Shown here: piece after piece, positions 1 through 7,606 of the stretch
Layout: each line of letters starts with the position of its first letter
How positions within the stretch are numbered: the first letter of the stretch is position 1
NCBI GenBank assembly: GCA_030838885.1
Contig: JAUZEU010000476.1
Location: 1 to 28,914, forward strand
Direction: 5' to 3'
Source of the DNA: Bryobacterales bacterium
GTDB lineage: Bacteria; Acidobacteriota; Terriglobia; Bryobacterales; Bryobacteraceae
DNA: 28,914 bases
The notes under the pieces: model-generated
Seen by the model: the letters and a program-made list of their open reading frames with translations, nothing else
Databases searched by the model: none
Told to the model about the DNA's origin: nothing
Program-made: the position numbers and the translations under genes

Positions 1-1
1 C

Positions 2-142
2 GACGGCTGGCTCACCATCGAAAGCTTCGGCTTCGCCCTGGGTGATCTCTCCGCTGCCGCTGCCATCTGGCGCGACATCGAAAGCACCCCGGAGTCCATC
101 GCCTTTGAAGGCATCAAATTCCTGAAACAAAACGCCCTGTGA
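2..142 (+). CDS. 3' end of sugar phosphate isomerase/epimerase (TIM barrel, D-psicose/D-tagatose 3-epimerase-like), 5' truncated by window
   Basis: Frame from nt 2 reads DGWLTIESFGFALGDLSAAAAIWRDIESTPESIAFEGIKFLKQNAL* (TGA 140-142), matching the GxLTIEsF...IWR C-terminal pattern of this family; not in the ORF track. Confidence 0.75.
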   Translation, partial: DGWLTIESFGFALGDLSAAAAIWRDIESTPESIAFEGIKFLKQNAL

Positions 143-162
143 CCCCCAGGGCCCGGGACGAG

Positions 163-1164
163 CTACTTCCGGGCCGCTCCGGTGGAATCCCGAACCACAA
201 ACTCGGGATCGAACACGAACTCTTTGCCCAACGCGCCAGCCGAATCCGCATCCCCTTGAGCCAGGCTCGTAAACGACGTATGTCCAATCCTGTCCCGGGG
301 AATATGAACCGTAGTCAACGCCGGATAACAAAACTCCGAAAGTTTGATGTTGTCGAAGCCCGTCACCGAGACATCCTCCGGCACCCGAAGTCCCCGTTCC
401 CGCAATTCCTTCAGAGCACCCACCGCCATCAGATCGTTCACACAGATAATCGCGGTAGGCGCCGGACCACTGGTCAGCAACTCCCGAACTGCTTGCCGGC
501 CGCCTTCCAGACTGTCGCTGTCCGCCGCCACCCGCACACTCGCGTGCGGACACACCAGTTTGACCGTATCGAACAACGCCTGCCGCCGTTCATCGAGCGG
601 AGCCAGCACCGCGTGGTGACCGATAAACGCCAGTTGTTCATGACCCAGGGCCGCCAGATACTCCACAATTCGCTCCACGCCCTTCCGGTAATTCACTCGG
701 ATTTTGGTGATGTTTCCGCCCGCCGTGCCAACGTCGTAAAACACAATCGGGATCCGGCTTTCCGTTAGTTCCTCGACAATGTCGTGTTCCATCTCCGAAA
801 CAATTGCGGCCAGCCCTGCGACACGCCGCCCGATCATCAGACGGATGCTCGCCACCAGTTGCTCGGACTTGTACGCGGTGTTCGCCACCAGAACCTCGTA
901 CCCCTGCGCGTGGCAATCGCTCTCCACGGCGCGGTATACATCGAGAAAAAATGGGTTATCCAGGTTCGAAACAATTACCCCGATAGTCCGGCTGCGCCCC
1001 CCAGCCAGGCTTCTCGCATGAAGGTTCGGGTGATACTTCAGCTCCGTGATCGCCGTCATGACGCGCGACCGCGTGGAGTGCTTCACAACGTCCACGCCAT
1101 TCAGAACGCGCGAAACCGTTGCGGTCGAGACGCCGGATCTCTTCGCTACTTCCTCCAGGCTCAT
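163..1164 (-). CDS. LacI-family transcriptional regulator
   Basis: MSLEEVAKRSGVSTATVSRVLN HTH, YHPNLHARSLAG hinge helix, sugar-binding domain (AIICVNDLMAVG, VSVTGFDNI, LTTVHIP); start placed at ATG 1164 rather than 1239. Confidence 0.95.
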   Translation of the reverse strand: MSLEEVAKRSGVSTATVSRVLNGVDVVKHSTRSRVMTAITELKYHPNLHARSLAGGRSRTIGVIVSNLDNPFFLDVYRAVESDCHAQGYEVLVANTAYKSEQLVASIRLMIGRRVAGLAAIVSEMEHDIVEELTESRIPIVFYDVGTAGGNITKIRVNYRKGVERIVEYLAALGHEQLAFIGHHAVLAPLDERRQALFDTVKLVCPHASVRVAADSDSLEGGRQAVRELLTSGPAPTAIICVNDLMAVGALKELRERGLRVPEDVSVTGFDNIKLSEFCYPALTTVHIPRDRIGHTSFTSLAQGDADSAGALGKEFVFDPEFVVRDSTGAARK

Positions 1165-1254
1165 TACATTTATTCTAACGCGTCCTAAGTTGCTTATTTG
1201 CTGAAGATGCGTTCCCGGCCCGCGAATTCGAAACGTCAAAAAACCATCAATTTC

Positions 1255-1268
1255 TGAAAGCGATTACA
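1255..1268. promoter_or_regulatory. candidate LacI-family operator upstream of lacI
   Basis: TGAAAGCGATTACA, pseudo-palindrome with central CG, matches TGWAANCGNTNWCA; about 90 nt upstream of lacI ATG; 12/14 identical to site at 14387. Confidence 0.6.
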
Positions 1269-1962
1269 ATGCCTGGCTCACCGCAATCGCCTGGTTTTCC
1301 TTCACATCCTTCAGCACCTGAACTTGCCCTCCCGGCCAGCGGATCTCGATCCGGGACGCCGAATCATTTCGACCCAGGCCGAACCGCACCAGCGGCTCAC
1401 TGGACGAAGCGTATCCCACCGCTGTGGTCGCGTGGTTATATTGGACCGCGCCCGTCGGCAGCGTCAGTTTCACGTTCGCTCTGGTCCCCGGCAGACGCAA
1501 CGCCAGCCAGTGCGTTCGCACAGGGCTGGTATTCCGGAAGAACTTGGCCGCACCGTTCACTGCTGTCACCACGACGTCCACCCGCCCGTCACATCGAAAT
1601 CCGCAAACCGCGGCGCCATGGTACAGGGCAGGGGATTGGAAATCCTTCCCGGCGGTCGCTTAAACATACTCAAAGTACCCCCTGCCAACAATTCGCAGCA
1701 CATGGTTTGGCGTCTCCGCCGGAGAGTGTACATAAGGCTCAGATCCCGGAAAGTGGGAGGTGGCGAAGAACAGATCCTTACGACCGTCGTTATCCAGATC
1801 GAACATCTCCGCCCCCGCGGGACGCAAGGACACTTGCGCCTGAGAGAGCGGCCGCCCATCCAAGTCCGTCACTTTGCCGCGCACCAAAGGCCGGCTTGGC
1901 GGCTGATTTTGCGCGCAACAAACCAAACCCAATGCCACAGCCCACCCCAGCCGGCGATTCAC
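1264..1962 (-). pseudogene. degraded chimeric CRTAC1/FG-GAP-ASPIC/UnbV family gene
   Basis: ORFs 1660-1962 and 1264-1581 share a frame and are separated by TAA (1660-1662) in ...GYFEYV*ATAGKDFQ...; FG-GAP motif MFDLDNDGRKDLFF, ASPIC/UnbV tail GYASSSEPLVRFGLG...IEIRWPGG; +1/-1 indels scramble FADFDxDG. Confidence 0.75.
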
Positions 1963-3998
1963 TAATTGGCTCCGATTTGTTGCAGCGCTCGCGCCGCCTG
2001 CTGCGCGACCTGCGGATCCGAACCCCTGGCCGCCTCCCGTAAGTGGAGAATGGCCCCGGTCATATCGCCTCTTCCCGCCAGCGTCGCCCCCAGATCCAGC
2101 TGCGCCCGGCTGAAGTCCGGCTTTAATCTGACGGCCGCCTCAAACTCCGCCAACGCCCCATCCATGTCCTTCTTCCGGGCCAACAGCCCTCCCAGAAGTT
2201 CGTGCGCCTCCGCCAGATTCCCGTCCGCCCGGATCGCCGCCCTCACCTGTTCATCCGACTCCTCAAAGCGGTTCAGCCGAACGAAAGTCAATGCGTATTC
2301 GTAAAGATACGGCGCATAGCCAGGCTGCAGCCGAACGGCTTTTTCGTAGTGAAACAGAGCCTGCGGAAGGTCGCCGGCCTGGGTCAACACCCGCGCGAGG
2401 CCGCTATGAGCGACTGCATAGGAAGGATCGATGGTCAGCGCGGCCCGGAACGCCGCCTCGGCTCCTTTCACGTCACCGGTCTCAAACAGGTTTACGCCCA
2501 GACTGTTCTGCGCGTCCGCCAGATCCGGGTTCAGCGCGATCGCCCGCCGGACACTGGAAATGGCTTCGTTTTTTCGCCCTTCAGCAGATTGCAGCAGCCC
2601 CAGTTCAAACCATCCCTGTGCATCGGTGGGTGCCAACTGCACTGCCCGCCTCAGCGCCTCGCCCGCCCGAACCGGCTGTCCGGCTTCCTTGAGCGCGACG
2701 CCAAGATACCGCAGATTTCGCGCCGCGTCCGGCTTTAACCGGACCGCCTGCTCATAAGCGGCCACCGATTTCGATGCCTGACCCAGCACGATGTAAAACT
2801 CCGGATCGGTCGGTTTCCGCTTCGCCAGTTCGGCGGTTAGCTGAGGAATCCCCGCCGGATTGCTGCCCTGGATCACCTGCGCCACGGCTTTATATAAAGG
2901 ATCGATCGCGGAAGGATAGTAAGGCACCACCTCCCCGCGATACCGCTGATCAATCTCCGGACGGCTCTTGCGCGCCGCCGGACGCCGTGCAATCAAATGG
3001 TCCGTCATCGCGACATGCACCACGTCATCCGTATTGCGCTTCGGCATATGGCAACTCGCGCAATCGTCGCCGGCGGGGTGGCCGGAACTCAGCGACGTGT
3101 GGCACTGCACGCAAGCTCCCAAGGAAACCTTCGCTTCATGGGGGTTGTGGCAGGTGGTGCAAGTCATCTCACCCCTGCTCTTCAGAAAACACTGGGACTG
3201 CCGCAGCCGGTACGCTGACCCCGCAATCTCAAATTTGTCCTCTCGCCCGCTGCCAGGCGCATGGTCGAACGACATGACGAAGTCCCCCAGCGGCTGGTCC
3301 GGAACATAAGAAAACGCTCCCCGATCAAAGCGGCGCAACAAGCCCGGCAACCGCGTGCTGGTGGTTTCGAGGTGGCACTGCATACACGCCTCCAGCTGCC
3401 GATCCTTACTGAGCCTTGCCGGATTGATGATGTTGACCTTCTGTGGCGACTGAATATGCTTCGCGCCCGGCCCATGACAACGCTGGCAGTCAATGCCCTC
3501 CGGAAGGGTGCTCGCGGCAACCGGATAAGCGTTATGACAGAACAGGCACTCATCGGCAATCGGGCGTCGAACCGGCGGATGCGCCACGTCATACCCGGGG
3601 TTCATGTCCCAATACCCGCCCTTCTCCGCATACCACCCCAGTGGCAACTGCGTCAAAGTGCCGCGCTCGGTCCGATGCAAATAGGTACGTGCATGATTAC
3701 CCGACCCCATGACGAAATCCACCGTCATCTCCTCCGCGTTCTCTTCATTGCCCGCATACCCGATCTGCCATCGCCGCTGATAATATCTACCGCCGCGCTC
3801 GAACATTGAATAGTGCGTTTCGGAAGCGGCGTTATAGAAATCCTTCACCGCCGGAAACGCTTGCGGACGAGAGAACGATCTCCCCATGCCGGTCTGCTGG
3901 TACTTCCGATAGATCTCTGCATGGCAGCCGGCGCACTGTGGCTGTGCAAATGCTGCAACCGCCGCGAACCCCAGGACTATCAGACGGCTTAACAGCAA
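1962..3998 (-). CDS. exported multiheme c-type cytochrome (7 CxxCH) fused to C-terminal TPR repeats
   Basis: TTG start 7 nt after GGAGG; signal peptide ending AFA; CAGCH, CLFCH, CQRCH, CMQCH, CTTCH, CVQCH, CASCH; TPR-like repeats (A..LG......G...EA...Y..A..L.P) in the C-terminal half. Confidence 0.9.
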   Translation of the reverse strand: MLLSRLIVLGFAAVAAFAQPQCAGCHAEIYRKYQQTGMGRSFSRPQAFPAVKDFYNAASETHYSMFERGGRYYQRRWQIGYAGNEENAEEMTVDFVMGSGNHARTYLHRTERGTLTQLPLGWYAEKGGYWDMNPGYDVAHPPVRRPIADECLFCHNAYPVAASTLPEGIDCQRCHGPGAKHIQSPQKVNIINPARLSKDRQLEACMQCHLETTSTRLPGLLRRFDRGAFSYVPDQPLGDFVMSFDHAPGSGREDKFEIAGSAYRLRQSQCFLKSRGEMTCTTCHNPHEAKVSLGACVQCHTSLSSGHPAGDDCASCHMPKRNTDDVVHVAMTDHLIARRPAARKSRPEIDQRYRGEVVPYYPSAIDPLYKAVAQVIQGSNPAGIPQLTAELAKRKPTDPEFYIVLGQASKSVAAYEQAVRLKPDAARNLRYLGVALKEAGQPVRAGEALRRAVQLAPTDAQGWFELGLLQSAEGRKNEAISSVRRAIALNPDLADAQNSLGVNLFETGDVKGAEAAFRAALTIDPSYAVAHSGLARVLTQAGDLPQALFHYEKAVRLQPGYAPYLYEYALTFVRLNRFEESDEQVRAAIRADGNLAEAHELLGGLLARKKDMDGALAEFEAAVRLKPDFSRAQLDLGATLAGRGDMTGAILHLREAARGSDPQVAQQAARALQQIGAN

Positions 3999-4013
3999 CG
4001 TAATACCTCCCGG

Positions 4014-4053
4014 AAATTAAAATAGCGCGGCCGCGAAGTATCGCGGCCGCGCT
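4014..4053 (-). terminator. intrinsic terminator-like hairpin after TonB-dependent receptor
   Basis: 13-bp perfect stem AGCGCGGCCGCGA-(4 nt)-TCGCGGCCGCGCT at 4024-4053 followed on the minus strand by ATTTTAATTT. Confidence 0.7.
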
Positions 4054-4078
4054 GCTCAAGCCAACAATCCGGATCAGA

Positions 4079-7000
4079 TCAGAATCTGATCTTCAACCCG
4101 AATCGCAGGTACCGTTCGTCGATCAACCGGCTCGCCGTCGTCGTGCTGGTGATCTGCGCGTAAGCAGGGTTGGTGGTATTTCCCTGCGGGTTGCTGAAGT
4201 GCGGAGTGTTACTGAGATTGAACGATTCCGCCCGGAACTGAATGGTGAACCGTTCCGTTGCCTTGAAGTCCCGGAAGACGCTCATGTCCAAATTGGTGAC
4301 ACCGGGCCCGCGGAGCGTGTTGAACCCCGCATTTCCGATCACACCCGGAGCCGTCAGCGCCACAAAGGCTGTCGGATCGAAATAAGATTGTCCTGGGCCG
4401 ATATTGCCGAGGATCTGCACATCCTGTTTGACCTGCTGGGCCCGCTGTGTGAAGCCGGGGGTGTTCAGGGCGCCGCCGCCTGATACCGAGAACGGCGAAC
4501 CCGAATACTTACTGAAGATCGACTGTATATGCCATCCGCCAACAACTGCATCGGCGAAGCGGTTACTGTTCAGGAAGTGCTTCCCTTTGCCGAACGGCAG
4601 ATCATAAACCGCGCTCACCCGAAGGTTGTTCGGACGATCGGAGCCCATCAGGGCCTTGTTCAGGTACGTGTACTGGGGCAGAGCGACAGCAGGGCCGCCA
4701 TCGCCGGAATCGTCGCAGCAGGTACCGATCGCCTTTGATCTTGTGTACGCAAGACCGAAGAGAAGTCCCGATGCATCGAAGCGATGATTCAGTTGCGCCT
4801 GCAGCGAATTGTAGTGCTGGCTCTCGTACGGCAGAATCACTGTGATGCCTCCGGTGATTCCCTGCGGAGCGAACACCTGGCTCGCGCTGCCTCCATTCAG
4901 GCTGGTAGCGTAGTTGACGTTGTAGCGCGTGTGCTGATGGATGGTGAGCGTGCCCACGTAACCCGCCTGCGCGACCCAACCATGACCGAAGTCTTTCTGA
5001 ATGGTGAAGTTCATCGATTCGGTATAGCCGCGAATGAACTTCTGGTTCGGCAGAATGATAGCTCCCAGGACAAGCCCTTTCGGCGGGGTGATGATCCCGC
5101 TGCTGATATCGACCGGCGCCTGTACCGGAATACCGTCGCTGAGCGACGCGACCGGGCTATACGGCGAAGCACCGCTCTGGTCGTAATCCACGCGGACAGG
5201 GTAGTTGTAAATGCCGTCGCGGAACATGTTGATCTGCTCGGGCGATAGTGAATACCCCGCGCGGATCACCATGCTGTCGGTTGGGCGGTAAGCGATACCG
5301 ATGCGGGGCGCGAACAGGAGCTTCTGCACGGTGATGCCGCAGTTGGACGGGTTGGGGCCAATGCCGCAAAGCGTGATCTGGTTCTTCGCGAAGTCGTAGG
5401 TTTCGATCTGGCGATTGCCACGCGTCGGAACCGGATAGTATTCCCATGCCGTGCCCACGGCGACAGTGAGCTTCCGGTGCGCTTGCCAGGTGTCCTGAAC
5501 GTAGATACTGTGCTGCCAGGTCCGAAGTGTGATCGGTGTGCTGGGAGCGGGGCTGTTCACATAGCGCTGCGGAAGGCCAAGCAGGAAGTCCGCATAGGTG
5601 TTGAATGCATTTGCGTTCGCTCCACCCGGCCCGGACTGAGTGGCGCCACCGTTGAAGCTGAACTGGGTGGGTGTGGTTTCGAAGTGGTTCATGTGCTGCT
5701 GGCTCATGTTCAGGCCGAAACGAACGTTGTGGCTGCCCTTGATCCAGGTAGCATTCGCGGCATACTGGAATACCGGATCGTCATACTGCAGCGGGGAATA
5801 GGAGTAGCCGTAACCCGAATAGTTCGTGATGTTGAACTGCGGCATACCACCGGCCTGCGGCAACTGACCGAGGTTGGTGCCGGGGATGCCGAGGAAATCA
5901 GCGCCCAGTTTCTTGTCGACTGAAGGCGGGTTCAGTACCTGATGAGCATAGGTGCGTCCCCAGTTACCGTCAAGGATGAACGTGGGGCTGAAAACATAGG
6001 TGGCGGTCGCGGCGTAAGCAGTCGCATAGCCCGTTTGAAGGCTGTTCGGACTTCCGCCCAGGATCGGTCCAAAGATTGTCGGTTGGGTAATGTTATACGG
6101 CTGATAGCCATAGCGGCCCGCAATTTTCAGTTTCTGGCTTGCCACCCAGTCGACCTTCGTATCGTAGTGTTTCAAGTCGTTTGAGATCGGGGTATTGACA
6201 TAGTAGTTGTTGGCCGGAAGAATCTGCCCCAGGTTTTGATTCGGGTTTGGCAACAACGCCGTGAGCTTCGAGGAAATCGCGCTGATTCGGTTTGCCGGAA
6301 TGATGTTACCCGGGAACGGAGTTCGGCCCGTCGGGATGCCCTTGGAATCGTAGGTGCCCGTGGCGGGATCGTAGATTGTCGTGGGGCTCGCCGAAAGGTT
6401 CCCCTGCCGGATCGCAACCGTGGGAATGGTGACGGTCGGGTTGGCGCTTCCCTGCCGGATGTAGTCGCCTTCGAAGCTGCCAAAGTAGAACAGCTTGTTC
6501 TTGATGATCCTGCCGCCTGCAGTAACGCCCAGATCGTTCTCGATGAGCTTCGGAATACCTTGATTCGCGGGCAGGAAGTACGGCCGCGCTTTCAGCGCGC
6601 TGGTGATGTTGTATTCGTACAGGGAGCCGTGGAAGCTGTTGGTGCCGCTTTTGGTCTGCACGTTAATCGAGGCTCCGTTGGTCATGCCCTGATCCGCGCC
6701 CGAACTTCCGGTCACGACGTTCACGGTCTCGATCGCTTCGATGGAGGGCGCATAGGTGGCAAAGAACTGCACCCATGGATTCGTTGCGCTCACCCCATCG
6801 ATCAGAACGTTGGTTCCGCTGCGGCTCGTGCCATCCGCGGAAATCTGAAAGGACTTGCTGGGGTTATTTGTTCCGCCACTGCTTGCGGCAGGCGGTGCGA
6901 TACCCGGCATGAGGGCGACGATTCCTTCGAACTGCCGGGTAGGTTGCGGAAGATCGATCAGTTGTTTGCTGCTGAATTCGGCGTGTACATCCGCTCGGTC

Positions 7001-7447
7001 GGTTTGAAGCGCGGCAGACTCTGCTGTAACTTCAACCGTCTGCGATTGCGCGCCAACCTGCAGGGCGGTATCGACGCGAACTACCGTATTCAGGCTGACC
7101 TGAACATTGTCGGTTGTGGAACCCTTGAAACCCTCTTTTAAAACGGCAACTTTGTAGGTTCCGGCGTGAACCGTCGACAGTGTAAAACCGCCGGACTCGT
7201 TCGTTTTGGTTTCGCGCGTCTCATTCGTTTCAGCCTGCGTCACCGTTACGGTCGCGCCCGAAACTGCGCCGCCGGAAGCGTCTGTCACGCTGCCTACGAT
7301 GGAGCCAAAGAGCACCTGAGCGCTGGCGGGCTGCAGCGTTGCAAGCAGCCACAGCGCGAAGCAAACTACTGTGAAGATGATGTATAACCGATTGCGCGAA
7401 ACGTGGCCGGGACCCGCGCGACGTTTCAGGCAGTGGGACTCTAACAT
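4079..7447 (-). CDS. TonB-dependent receptor with N-terminal carboxypeptidase-regulatory-like domain (Oar-like type)
   Basis: Signal peptide ...ASAQ, GSIVGSVTDASGGAVSGATVTV domain, plug segment EAIETVNVVTG...G, barrel ending RYLRFGLKIRF with terminal Phe; AAGGGG upstream of ATG. Confidence 0.95.
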   Translation of the reverse strand: MLESHCLKRRAGPGHVSRNRLYIIFTVVCFALWLLATLQPASAQVLFGSIVGSVTDASGGAVSGATVTVTQAETNETRETKTNESGGFTLSTVHAGTYKVAVLKEGFKGSTTDNVQVSLNTVVRVDTALQVGAQSQTVEVTAESAALQTDRADVHAEFSSKQLIDLPQPTRQFEGIVALMPGIAPPAASSGGTNNPSKSFQISADGTSRSGTNVLIDGVSATNPWVQFFATYAPSIEAIETVNVVTGSSGADQGMTNGASINVQTKSGTNSFHGSLYEYNITSALKARPYFLPANQGIPKLIENDLGVTAGGRIIKNKLFYFGSFEGDYIRQGSANPTVTIPTVAIRQGNLSASPTTIYDPATGTYDSKGIPTGRTPFPGNIIPANRISAISSKLTALLPNPNQNLGQILPANNYYVNTPISNDLKHYDTKVDWVASQKLKIAGRYGYQPYNITQPTIFGPILGGSPNSLQTGYATAYAATATYVFSPTFILDGNWGRTYAHQVLNPPSVDKKLGADFLGIPGTNLGQLPQAGGMPQFNITNYSGYGYSYSPLQYDDPVFQYAANATWIKGSHNVRFGLNMSQQHMNHFETTPTQFSFNGGATQSGPGGANANAFNTYADFLLGLPQRYVNSPAPSTPITLRTWQHSIYVQDTWQAHRKLTVAVGTAWEYYPVPTRGNRQIETYDFAKNQITLCGIGPNPSNCGITVQKLLFAPRIGIAYRPTDSMVIRAGYSLSPEQINMFRDGIYNYPVRVDYDQSGASPYSPVASLSDGIPVQAPVDISSGIITPPKGLVLGAIILPNQKFIRGYTESMNFTIQKDFGHGWVAQAGYVGTLTIHQHTRYNVNYATSLNGGSASQVFAPQGITGGITVILPYESQHYNSLQAQLNHRFDASGLLFGLAYTRSKAIGTCCDDSGDGGPAVALPQYTYLNKALMGSDRPNNLRVSAVYDLPFGKGKHFLNSNRFADAVVGGWHIQSIFSKYSGSPFSVSGGGALNTPGFTQRAQQVKQDVQILGNIGPGQSYFDPTAFVALTAPGVIGNAGFNTLRGPGVTNLDMSVFRDFKATERFTIQFRAESFNLSNTPHFSNPQGNTTNPAYAQITSTTTASRLIDERYLRFGLKIRF

Positions 7448-7525
7448 GGAAAAACCCCTTTCGTGTGCCGATTAGTAACGAATTTGAACTGGCTAATTGA
7501 CGAACGCCCATTGCGAGCGTAATCG

Positions 7526-7554
7526 CTGACTCACCCCGTTTCCGTTGGTATAAC
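7526..7554 (+). promoter_or_regulatory. candidate sigma70 promoter for PSCyt-DUF1501 operon
   Basis: CTGACT-N17-TATAAC with extended -10 TG at 7546-7547. Confidence 0.55.
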
Positions 7555-7570
7555 ATGAGTGCTGAATTGA

Positions 7571-7584
7571 TGCAAGCGCTTTCG
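7571..7584. promoter_or_regulatory. candidate LacI-family operator in TBDR/PSCyt divergent region
   Basis: TGCAAGCGCTTTCG (reverse complement CGAAAGCGCTTGCA), just downstream of the predicted start site; aligns with sites at 1255 and 14387. Confidence 0.6.
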
Positions 7585-7606
7585 GGCGTACCGCCGCGAA
7601 TCTCCT

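Noticed and set aside
139-768. 209-aa plus-strand ORF
   Set aside because: Antisense shadow of lacI; no family motifs
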